A stretch of DNA of 61,531 bases, filler included, from Sluysia triapertura (Eukaryota), in assembly GCA_046118255.1 (NCBI GenBank). It is 5 parts of 5 records of this genome, joined end to end, with 100 filler letters (N's around TTAATTAATTAA, not from the genome) between each part and the next. Parts side by side here need not be neighbours in the genome. Positions count along the whole stretch, not along the records: positions 1 to 13,538 come from JBJNIA010033822.1; 4 more parts are not named here. One strand, 5' to 3'. Below the pieces are notes generated by a model. It had not been told where the DNA came from. It saw nothing but the letters and a program-made list of their open reading frames with translations, and did not search any database. Positions within the stretch are counted from its first letter, which is position 1; each line of letters opens with the position of its first letter. A program made the position numbers and the translations under genes. Positions 1 through 11,604 of the stretch are shown here, piece by piece.

Positions 1-1685
1 TCGTAATAATAATAGCGATAGTTCATGATAATTAGATGTGATGGTCATGTTTGTTTTTGAATGAGTTTAGTAGTTTGATTAATAGTCTGTGTATATGTGG
101 AGTGTTTTTATATGATGAAATGTGATGGATTTTATGTGATGAATTCCCTACATAAGCCCCTTTTTGAGACGCGGAGCGTAAAGGCGTAGTGAAAGAGACC
201 TTTTTAACGTTATCGATTGTTCTTACCGGTTCTCTTTTATTGAATAATTGAATAGTAGCTCCGGTATCAAAAGTGACTGATTTAATTACTTTCTTAGATC
301 ATTTGTTTTGTTATCGATTAAAATTGTCGCTGGTTTGACTTTGCACCAATTGACTGTTCGATAGCGGTTTGGTTCTCTTTGTTTATCCTTATCACTTTGT
401 ACGGGACGGTATATCGTGGCTGCAATGAGTGAGGATTTTCTACAATCAACCAGACATATTCGCTACCGGTGATACTTTGCGGTATGTATACACGCGATGC
501 ATTATTATGTACTGGTGATTTGTTTAATTCATTGAAATATTCTCTCAGATGTTTAGAGAGAGAGTATTCTTTTGGCGATGTAGTATCGAATAATTCGTGT
601 GGTAATCTTGTACTTGTACCAAACACGATTTGAGCTGGGGAATATCCGGTAGATGAATGTGGGATATTTCTCCAACCAAGTAGTATGATGGGCAGTGCGC
701 TGACCAATTATGTTTAATTGAAAGTGCTGGCAAAGAACTTTTAAGTGTGCGATGAAAACGCTTTATCATTCCATTTCATTGCGGATGACAGGCTGTTGTT
801 CTTAATCTGGAGCTTCCTAGATGTTTTAATAGACTATTGAAAAGCTCGGATTCAAATTGTTTACCTTGATCGGTAATTATTCTTTTAGGCACACCAAACC
901 TAGCGATCCAATGCGTTAAAAGAATATTTGATATAGTTTCAGTAGATATTGAGCTCATCGGAAACGCCTCCGGCCAGCGACTGTGTTGGTCTATGATTGT
1001 TAAAATGTAAGTATATCCCCTTGAATTTGGGAGTGGACCGACGATGTCCATGTGAATTGTCTCAAAAAGTTGACCGGTTGGAAAATGGAGAATTTCCGGT
1101 TTGGTATGTTTGGTTGTTTTTACCGCCTGGCAGGTGAGGCATGCTTTGGTCCAGTTTTTGACGTCTTTCCGCATAAAAGGCCAAATCACTTTTGATTTCA
1201 AAACTTCGTATGTAGATTTGGCACTTGAGTTCGTTGTGTTGTGGATAAATTCAAACGCTTTGATCCTCAGGTTTGGACCAAGGACTAGCCGTGAAATTCC
1301 TGATAATTGGTGATCGAAATACTCTCCCTCTCGTAAAGTTGGTATGGAAGAAAACTTCGATAGATCTTCTGATGAAGGAGGATCACCTTTTAGATCTTCA
1401 ATAGAAAACATCGACTGAAATTCGGTGCAACTGATGCCAACTCATGACAAGGCATCAGCGACCATATTTTCTTGCTCAGGGATATGTTGTATATCGAAAT
1501 TAAACTAGAACAAGTAGCTGATATGCCTTTGTTGCCTTGGGGAAGGATTTTTCATAAAAAAGATAAATAGCAAAGGCTTGTGGTCGGTCCGAAGCGTAAA
1601 TTTCACTGGCATTAGTAAGTATTCGAAATGTTTCACTTCCAGGTAAATTGCCAAAAGTTTACGATCAAAATCAGAATATCGTGTT
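1..1685 (-). mobile_element. Ty3/gypsy LTR retrotransposon 3' part: RNase H, integrase, polypurine tract and start of the 3' LTR (decayed)
   Basis: Minus strand reads RYSDFDRKLLAIYLEVKHFEYLL...RTDHKPL...NMVADALS (RNase H, ~1685-1440). Integrase follows in ORFs 776..1411, 545..769 and 318..707: C-x2-C (CLTC), IHMDIVGPLP, TDQGKQFES, and a GPY/F-like LQPRYTVPYKV. PPT AAAAAGGGG at 165-157 is followed by TG at 152 (LTR start). Stops and frameshifts are present. Confidence 0.93.
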
Positions 1686-1934
1686 TATGGTCAAATTTAC
1701 AATTATGATAATATTGATCGTCATGATCCTACTCAACAATAATATTATCAACATTACCATAATCGATCTCAAGTTCGAGAAATATTGTCACATTCACTTC
1801 GAGCCACTGGTAAATTGGGTGAAAACGAAAAGCAGGAAGTACCAGACAATGAATGGAAGTTCGCAGCTAGAGCAATGGACTGATTTTGTATTGCTATTAT
1901 TATCATTTCTTCGGTAACTATTAGAACTAAATAA
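1683..1934 (+). pseudogene. Orphan C-terminal remnant (MA helix and M4) of a nicotinic acetylcholine receptor-like subunit
   Basis: The frame not shown in the ORF track reads ...QVREILSHSLRATGKLGENEKQEVPDNEWKFAARAMD*FCIAIIIISSVTIRTK*. This matches the nAChR M4 signature EWKFAAxxxDRxC. In-frame stops at 1740 and 1881. It directly abuts the truncated gypsy RNase H. Confidence 0.75.
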
Positions 1935-3059
1935 AAGCTTTGAAAATAAATTTAATAATAATAATAATTGTAATAAATTATTATCAATGTTATAAACGTA
2001 ATTATTCTTGTGATCTTTTTAATATACTTTTAATTTAATGGTTGATATTTAATTATAATCTTGGTATTTTCAATCTTTAAATATAATAGGTCGTTAACTA
2101 GCAATAAAATAACTAAGTTCATAATTAAAAATTAATGTTAATAAAATTTAATCAATGGCTCAATGTATGATACTTTGAAAAATTGCGTTAAAGTAGCTAC
2201 GGTAATTGTAATATTTTATTATATGTATGAAAAAATGTATGGTTAACCACATAATGTTTAAGATATGCTGCGCATGAATTTGAAAAAATTATACCGGATA
2301 CTTCAGATTTTATCAATGAATGTTACGATACACATTCCGATTATTGTCAATCTTATGTAAATTTTAGTCTTCCGGATCGTGCAGAAATATCGCAATATGA
2401 ACATTTTATTCTTCCTAACAATTATTCGTCTTATGCAGCTAACAATACCTCAAGACTTTAAAATAATTGTTTTATTTCAACGTTGGTATTATTTATTATG
2501 TTACTTTTTTGTTATTAAAAATTTTCTTATTAAAATTGGTTAAATTAATTTTGTTAAAATACCTCACTTTTAAGCCTAATGTTTTTGTTAACGCAGTTCT
2601 AGCAAATTATAAAATTTTAAAGAATAAAATGGTTAAAATAAATAGAATTCTTATTCACTTTGTTACAAACTTTACATTTTTGAAACTTATTTACAAACTT
2701 ACATTCCTAAGAGCAAGTAAGCCCTCCAACAGTCACAATCTTAATTCTTCAATAATACTTAATTTATTCTTGAACCATAAGTTATATGCCTTATATCTTT
2801 TTCGTCTTTAACCAAACCCAAGACAATAATTATTATTAATTATATTTCATTTACTTTTTACTTTAGTTTCCTTAAATTTTTCAAATGAACAAATATCGCA
2901 GTTGCAACTTCGAAATACATTTGAAATTATATAAATTTATCTGATTATTATAAACGTCCCATTTAACATAGAACTTATATCCGCTTTTTTATGATAACTG
3001 TACAAAATATGTATTTTATATTTATTATCTGAAATAATCGATGACTTTTTATACTTAAG

Positions 3060-6000
3060 GTATGGTATAAACCAGAATTTAGTTGGGAAAATATACATAA
3101 TAACATTTCAGTCAATTCTATTCGCATAGAAAGTAAAAATATTTGGATACCAGATACTTATGTATTTAATAAGTAAAATTATTATGAAAATATTAGAATT
3201 ATTTTTATTCAGTGCAGCTGATAAAGATTCTGGTTTTCTTAATGGTGACTATCTTATTATTCATAGAAATGGTAAAATTCACTTTCCTCTTAGAAGAAAA
3301 TTAAAGACATTTTGTCCAATGGATATAAGCATGTTTCCTTTTGATACTCAAGCTTGTACAATAAAATTAGGTTCATGGGTTTCTACTGGCATTAACTACA
3401 CATATCCCAAGTAAGTTAAATTCAATTTTTCAATATTTATCATAAAATGTGAGCAACTGGAAAATTTTATTGGTTTGATTGGATAAATTACTGAAATAAT
3501 ACTTAGTATATTAAAGAAATGCAATCCTTAACTCATCCAAGTTAAGTCACTGTATTTATATTCAACGGTAAGATTATTTCAACATTTGCTATTGATACTG
3601 AAAAATTTGAAAATTATACTTTGTGGTGATAGTTTATGTTATGTTTGATTTAATCTTACATCTTAATTCTTAGTAGACTTTTGACTTTAATTCTTAAAAA
3701 CTGTTCCTGTTCTGATAATGTTAAATGTGAAAACAGTCAAATTATATTCCTTAATATAAAATTTTCAACTTGCGCTTAACGTAAAAACTAATAACTTTAC
3801 CTTAAGCATTTACATTATATTTATGAATTACTTCGAATATTAATATCTATAATTCTTTACTGACTTAGAATTAAAATCTTAATTATTAGTCCATTGATTC
3901 TAAATTAAATTAATCTTTAATTTAAATTTTTATAATTTTATAAATTTTCTTTGTAACTTTAGCTTAAATGTACTACTTATCGTTTACTTTATTTAAGATC
4001 TTATTTATGAATTTAACTTTCGGAGATGGAGTTCAATATTCGTCTCTCTTAAGGATGGAAGTGCTAATCAAATTTTTATAACCTTTGGCTTTTTAATCGG
4101 ATTCTGTTTTTCAATTCCCCGAACCAGAAATCAACAGGATATTAAGCTTTCATAAAATTTTAGTAGTTGTTGAATTACAATAATAACTGGGTACACAATT
4201 ATTCTAATTTAAATTTACAAAAATCAACAGAGTTTAAGTCTTAACAAAGTTTATCAATATCACACAAAAAAAGTTATAATTGAATTACAATAAGTATTGA
4301 ACATACACAGTTATTTTAATTTAAATTTATTTTTATCTCAAGTTTTAATTTTATAATTGCTAAAATAAACACAATGTACTTTAAGTAATAGTTAATAGTA
4401 TAAACTATAACTATCAAAAGTTATTATTCAATCAGTAATCAATATTTGACCAGTCAACCACGAAATAAGTCAAACCAAAATAAATCAATGCTCCTAAATC
4501 TATAATATTCACTTATATAATTTAATAATTAATTTTAACATATGGTATATAATGTTCTTTCAGCAAATATACCATCATATAGTTTAATATTAACGTATTA
4601 TTTCAGATATACGTTATTGGTATAACTTAATAATTCAATTTCAACATATTGTATATCATGTTTTTTCAGTAAACACGATTAATTTTTCCATAATTTTATA
4701 TACAACATTACAACAACTTACATTCTTAAATTTACGATACATTAAAGATGAATCGGTGCATTATAAATGCATTTTATTTAATTACATTCTCTTTCATTGT
4801 CAAGGAGTCTTTCTCTCCAACGCTAATCTTACTATAATTCAGAAAAGCAGATGTAGAATTCAGTTGTAAATTTATTTCAATTTTTTACTTTTTTATGAAT
4901 GGATTAACGTCAACCGAATTTTTTGAGTGGACTCCAATAATTTGTTTTCTTTGGGAAGATAGAGCAGGTGAAAGGTTTAGTGGTTGAGGAATATGTTTAT
5001 TTAATTGATATTTTGGGGTCTGGTAAGATGTAGTATAGTTGCATCATATATAAGTTTCAAGCTGATAATAGGATTGGTGACTGCATTATTTAATGTGCGA
5101 ATTGTATCAAACCCAATAATAATCTAATAATCCATAATATCGGTTTAATTTGTCATTACACCAACTATAGGTAGGTCATGACCCTTAAATTCGATCAGCT
5201 GTCAAGAATTTGATCGAATTAATATCATTTCATGTACCTGCAGTGATTCAAAACACCTTATTCGAATATATGCATGAATTGGATTACAGTTGATTCTTAC
5301 ATCTTTCCAAACGTAGAATTTATCAATGTTAGTATTGCCTAATCTTAGTAATGGCATCGTGTTGCTCCCAGTTGAGCTTTTTTCATGTCTCACACAGACT
5401 TTTTGATTTCGACCATCGGTAAATCGAAACGATAATTGAAATTACAGTCCAACTGAATTCACCTACTATAGTTTTTATTCTATTAATCCTTGTGTATTAA
5501 TTTCAAAATGAAGTTATTTTTAACTATAGTTTATGTGTATATATTACAATGCAAGAAAATTTATATTCGAACATACAATTATATAAAGATGAAATTCAGT
5601 GTTAGCAATAACATATTATATCAAATCACAAAGTAAACAGTTAAATTAAAACAATCAAGTGATTTGAGTGCTAATATCTTATCGTCACACCAACAACCAG
5701 GGTTGACAGAACTAGTATTAATTTCCCAAAATAAATTCTAATATCTCCTTAGAAATAAATTGAGCAGGGAGTTTCCTCAAAAAATCATAAAAATAATTCT
5801 GATTTAAATGTATCTAAATGGTAATAAATTAATAATTTACCAACTTTTAAAATCCCTTTAAAAATGTACAAGGAATCTCCAAAAAATTAATTTTAATTAA
5901 ATAGATGGGTAATTCCTTAAAAATACTTATTTAAAAGAATATGGGGATTCCTTTTGCAATGATGAGTAAATAGTTAATTATTTTTACTTATAATTTTAAT

Positions 6001-9000
6001 TTATTATTATAAACAAAATTATATTTTATATTAAAAATATTATAAATCATAAATTTTACCATATCTTGGAATCAGCACTGGGCCTCTCCTTGGTAATACG
6101 GTTGACTTTCACGTACTTCTTTTATACTTTTTCACTCTTCAATCACTCTTAAGCTTTTCAATCAAACATTCTCTCAGATAAATCATTACAACATTCTGTG
6201 AGAGAATTAAACCGACAATATAACTTTGACAGTTAAATTGTACGGTCTGTCAAACTGTACCAGATACAGAACGCAATAAATTGATTTATGAATATCTATT
6301 ATTTTCCTTTACTCTACTCAACCTACTTTTACTTTTCACACTAAATTAACAATCACCAATATTGTTAACATGCATAAAAATAATGAATTTAATTTTAGTT
6401 TTTGAATTCAATTGATTTTTGATTTTTCACACCCAATTTTCTTCTAAAAAACGTTTAAGGTCATTATCCTTAAACAAACCATTCTTCAGATATTTCGCAC
6501 TCATTTCTAGGTTCTCCTCTTTCATAGCAATCATTTATATTCAAAATTCATTATATTTTCATCATTCTAAGTATAAAAAATTCAGTATTCAATAATTAAA
6601 AATTAATTAAAATTTAACTTTACTCAATACTAAGGCTTTCCTTTCATGAACTCGATCGAACAACCTTTATAGAAAGGTTTTTTAAAAAATTGTGTACGCA
6701 GTTTCAATTTTGACACAGCGTTCAAACTTTATTCACAAAAATGTACTTTTTCTTTATTAAGTTAATTAAGAATTTAATTATTTAATTTATTTTTAGACTT
6801 AATCTTATTTTATGTTTAAATGTTTTATTAAGGTTATCTATTTCTTTTATTTGATACATTGCATACCAATCATCGTCATCCATTCCGGCAAAATCTTGAA
6901 CCGGTTCACTTTCATCATTTTTCATAAGATAAATGTGATTTTTTTGATCCAATGAAAAATGTGATGAATATTATGGACGGGTTATTTCGTAATGACCATA
7001 TTTCTTACAATGGTTACTATATATTCTTCCTCTAATGTCAACTTTATTTCTTTCCATATAAAATTTATTTTCATTATCATTTTTAAATCTAATTCTGTTT
7101 GGAAATCTCTTTGGTTGTCCATATCTGTAATCATATCTTCTTGACGAATTGTTTCGACAATCTCCTCTAGAAAATTGTGTCTATTGTCCTAATGGCGTAA
7201 CTGTCCATGAATCTTGCCTTATCAAAGTCCAATACTTCCTTAAGGACATCCGTTCCCATAATCATATCTTCGGGTTATTTTCACATGACGCTTAATTTAA
7301 CATCGAATTTTGGCCTAATCCACAATAGGATTTCATTATACCGACTATATGTATTGCATCTCCCGTAATTCATGCTAAATGTGGCAAATGGTCGGTGAGT
7401 CCTTTTAATTCAATATCAGTAAGAAACTTTTCATTTATTAGTGATGTCGCCGCTATAATTATTCTTCCATTTATTCTTGTTAACCACGGATCATATTGCT
7501 CCGCTATGATTATTATTAGCACAAATCGTATAAATTACGTTTTGTGGAGATGACGTTGAGGAACTGGATAAACTCGTTATTTCATTTCTTCTTTTTAATC
7601 CATTATGTCTTTGATTCCATTTGATTTTATTGCTTGTAATTCTATGCTTTGCCTTTTCTTTTTTAATGCATTTATATGTGATTTTGCATGGTGATATAAC
7701 AAATATTTGTCAGGAACAGAAAACAACCGATTATCAATTTCCAAGTAAATCCTGAGATTTTATATATTCATACAATTAAAATACTTGTAATATTATCAAT
7801 ACTTTAATTATTATGTAAATATCTATTAATCCCGAAAATACTTGGAAAAATTAGGAAACTACCCCAAATGATCTAGGCCTAAAATGATCTACTAAAATTT
7901 TGTCTACTATATCTCTTAACACTTTTGCCTTTAGAGGGAATAAAATTTCTTCCCACGCAGCTTTTATGGTCTTCTTTGGTGTAGATACCTTAATGTTTTA
8001 ATTTGCCTTTAATTTAACTTTAATTTGCCTTTCAATTCTGTTAAACCTATCACTTTAGATGTTTTAAACTGTGAAGAAGTGATGTCCACATACTGTTGTC
8101 AATTTTGTATTCTGAAGCTATTGCACTTGAACAATACATGAGTTTTGGTTTTATTTTATTACTCGGAAATAATATTCTAGTTACTGGTTCTAAATATGTT
8201 TCAATTGTATTTTCACCTTCTTACAAAACCTACCGAGTACTCCTTCTTCTAGTGGTAACAATAGTGCTACTAAGTCTGGATTAGTAATTGCCATTGCCAG
8301 ATTTGTTCGTAATATTTCTTTATTTTATTGGCAATTTCTTGCTACCGTAATTTGATATATTTTCTCCAGAGTCATTAATCCTAGAAGGTAGTAAAATGTC
8401 TTTTTTATTAAAGTACATATTCAATTTCACGTTTATGGGTCAATTTCCTTTTTTAGTATTCTTTGTTCTGATGTATAAATACCTCTATAATTCGTCTCCA
8501 TAATTTCCTTATCGCACCATAATTCGTCTACTTTTGGTATGGAAATCCAGAAACTAAATTAAACTTAACTTGTTTCAAAAATATTAAAGGACATTGAAAC
8601 TTATTTAACCATGTTACAACTGGTTCTATCGGCCCTGCAGTATGGTCATGACATCATGGTCCTTTTTCGAAAGCAAACTTTCGTTAAATGACTTTAAATT
8701 TATCACATAAGTTTCTTGGGCTATTGCATTATGATAAAGTTTCCTTATTCAATTTATCTATGTATACATTTCCCGCTGTTCTAATATTATAAATTATTTT
8801 TTCATTGTTACTTATTCTTAACTTATCTCCCTTGTTTAACTTAACTGGTTTAACTTAACTTAATTTAACTAGTTTCGAAAGGTTTTAATATGCTTGATAA
8901 CTCCATTATTGAAGAGTTGCTATGGTGCCCACAATGCCACAATGTACTTTTTTTTACTAAGGTTGTAAACGAATTTTCTTCTTGATAGACATTTAGAATT

Positions 9001-11604
9001 TTTGTTCCTCTTATTTGGACTCTGTTAGGTTTTCTTCGTGTACTTCTTCATCATTTTCATCTGATACATTTAACTTGTTTTTGGTTGATGTCAGATTAAT
9101 TTTATTTTCCTGTTTATCCCATCCTCGCAAAATGTCTTTAACTTTCATTCTTTCTTTTTCTATTGCTTCTATATCTTCTTTTCTTTCCATATCTTATTTA
9201 ATTATTTTATTTTAATTATGTTATTTTATTCAAAAGATTCAAAATATGTCCATAGCTTATAAAAGGTTTCATTTTCACTTTCTTGCGTTATTCTTGATAT
9301 AGCTTTTTTCTTAGTCGTTATCATAGTATAATTTTATTCTTGTAATACTCTTGCTTCTTCTTCCGTTAAATTATTTCGATTTTTCTGTATTCATTTTCTT
9401 CATAGTCTTCATCATAACTATCGTAATCTTCATGTTTTCTGTTTTTTTGTATGTCATAATTACAATTTATCTGTCCTTTACTATTTTTGTCATCTTTCTT
9501 GTCGAAATTTACTTTTCTTACAAGGCCTTGTATTCTTAATGGTTGGTAATCGTGTTACCTTACTTAAATTTTTGCTCTGGGTACTAAACTTTTATTGCAA
9601 AAGCAAATTCGTATAGAGTTTCTAATTTTTCTGTTTTCTAATTTTTATATAATATTTTGTTTTTTGAATTATTTATCTCCTTGAATGTTTGAATCGCTAC
9701 GTCTGTTAAATAATTTTGAATTATTTAATTTTGTTTCTACCTCCGTCTAGCCGTTGGCTTTTGCTAAGATGCCATACTCAAACAAAAAATCACAAAGTTC
9801 ATTTTCATTTCCGTTAAACTTAGACACATATGGCAAAATCACTGTAGGTTTAATATTATTTGAGATTTGCGACATATATTCCTTAAATTAGTTCATGGGT
9901 AAATTCATTTTTATATTCTCCAAAGAAGTGCGTCTATCGTTTTCAGATTCCTACTGTTTTTTAATCTCTATGACTGTACCTTATAGATTAAGGTATACTC
10001 TTTAATCTTACTTAAATTACATAACGCAGTCTTATACTTAATTTTAATTTGTCTTAAAGACGTATAATTGGATACTTTTACTTATATCAATGATTAATGG
10101 TACCAATTCGGGCGCCAAATGTTGCTGCTTTTCACTAAATTGAACTTACCTAAACAAAATCTACCTTAATGGTTATGAGTTCACCCAAGTTTGCGGTTTG
10201 CTTTTACTTAGATTAAGAGGCACCTTTCGGATTTTTAGCTAGAGTTTTATAAACCTTACTTAATTATTTACCATTCTATCTTGTATGATGAATTCAATAG
10301 TTTATTCAAACCCTTTTTCTTTTTAATATCAAGAACTTAGTTTTACGTAAGGGACTAATTATTATCCATGTAGTTAATCTGACTCTTATTCTTAGATTAT
10401 TGATAAATATTTGTGTCTAATAGTTTCTTGCTAGCTTTTACCTTTTTAATGTGAGCACAGATTAAATATTAATAACAAACGAACAACTTAATACCAATTT
10501 TTATTATATCACAAAACTAAGTAATAAAAATACTATATATATGCTAAAGTGTACACTTTCGATAAAAATGAAGCAAGTAATAAAAGAATAATGTTTATTG
10601 CTCTAAATTTCTTTAATTAATATTTTAAAAAATGACCTTGTCACTGAACTTATGCGAGCATAAAAATATAAATATTTTAAAGTGAGATTTTATGCCTTAC
10701 GTAAACTTATGGATTCTAATTCATAAAAAATTTCCAAAATCTAAATGTTTTCAGGATCGACAATAATATCAGAATATAAATTATCAAAGATCCAATGGTG
10801 ACACTGCTTGAAGGATGTCGATGCTAATTGATGTGTAGGTTGGAAAGATTGAGAATATTGATAAGTCTTGTTAAATATTTTTATGTGGAGTTTATGTGAA
10901 AATAGTTGTCTTTTTATACTTGAAAATTGAGCATATTTATAATTCTAAATTAATTTATTTACAAATATTAACATATTTATAAATCCAAATTGTTAATTTA
11001 TAGAAACGTTTATCTTAAGTCAAATATTAATCAATCTATTTGATAAAAATATTTCAGTTATTTCAAATTTAACATTATCAGTATAAAAATATTTATAATT
11101 TCTCACCAATTATCTGTTTCATAACTTTTTTCTTTATTGATATAATAATAATAATTATTATTATTGTAAGTAAATAATAACTGAATTTTAAATTGATATT
11201 TAGAAATATTAATGGCACTAAACTTATAAATTTGGATAGTTACACAGATAACAGTGATTGGATTCTTTCTGAAGCACGGATTCATCATCAACATACCACC
11301 GATATTATTAAAGATATACATTATCCAGTGAAGAATTTTGACAAGTCCATCAATTTAATCTCAGAACAGAGCTATAAATTAATTATTATCGTACTGATTC
11401 TAAATAGACGTAGTTTTTTCTACATTTGGATTTTAATTGTTCCATTTGCAATGTTAACCTTATTATCGATTTTGACATTTTGTATGCCTAGTACATCTAA
11501 TGAAAAACTAACAATAAGTTTATCGATTTTTATGGCATTCTCAATGTTTATGATCATGATTTCAGAAAGAATTCCTCCATCAACACAGAATGTTCCTTTA
11601 ATTG
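3060..11604 (+). CDS. Cys-loop ligand-gated ion channel, nAChR-like non-alpha subunit (partial; exons 3060-3172, 3213-3410, 11204-11604)
   Basis: Exon 1: VWYKPEFSW...IRIESKNIWIPDTYVFN. Exon 2: Cys-loop CPMDISMFPFDTQAC and loop B GSW. Exon 3: M1 (RRSFFYIWILIVP), M2 (NEKLTISLSIFMAFSMFM) and IPPSTQNVPLIG. GT..AG introns of 40 nt and 7793 nt have matching phase 2. N-terminal exons, intact M3 and M4 were not found; a possible MX remnant MSPKWCCGIIF lies at ~11750, so the gene may be decayed. Confidence 0.88.
5060..5400 (-). mobile_element. Degenerate retropepsin-like (gypsy protease) remnant
   Basis: Minus strand VRINCNPIHAYI... followed by IIIGFDTIRTLN, resembling the V.ING....A.IDTG and ILGMD motifs. 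The catalytic DTG is lost. Confidence 0.35.
5680..6400 (+). repeat. Dispersed LTR-like repeat, homologous to 60540-61531
   Basis: Shared blocks: caacaaccagg(g/t)ttgac, taaattg..agggagtt.c subrepeats, caata(t)aactttgaca, tttcctttactctactca. Confidence 0.7.
6850..10762 (-). mobile_element. Ty3/gypsy element copy A: 5' LTR, PBS, gag, chuvirus-like glycoprotein, protease (pol deleted); lies in the nAChR intron
   Basis: LTR end CA at 10121-10120 is followed by PBS TGGCGCCCGAA. Gag reads MSQISNNIKPTVILPYVSKFNGNENELCDFLFEYGILAKANG (from 9875). Env motifs: NVYQEENSFTTL..LWHCGHHSNSSI (~9000-8905), LRTNLAMAITNPDLVA, ETYLEPVTRILFP..CSSAIASEYKID, TM region ~7870-7720. Protease: RINGRIII..AATSLINEKFL and DMIMGTDVL (~7490-7240). 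The LTR start at 10762 (TGTCGA) is tentative. Confidence 0.85.
10107..10117 (-). promoter_or_regulatory. Primer-binding site complementary to the 3' end of tRNA-Lys(UUU)
   Basis: Minus strand ...GCAACA tt TGGCGCCCGAA, matching the first 11 nt of the tRNA-Lys3-type PBS, 2 nt after an LTR-terminal CA. Confidence 0.85.

Noticed and set aside
1881-1883. Stop-codon reassignment explaining the in-frame stops
   Set aside because: All three stop types and frameshifts occur in the relics, while the conserved exons (Tip60, CNH, nAChR) are stop-free. Ordinary decay explains this.
2255-2461. Open frame YAAHEFEKIIPD... as a 5' nAChR exon
   Set aside because: No nAChR N-terminal motifs and it ends in a stop; identity unknown.
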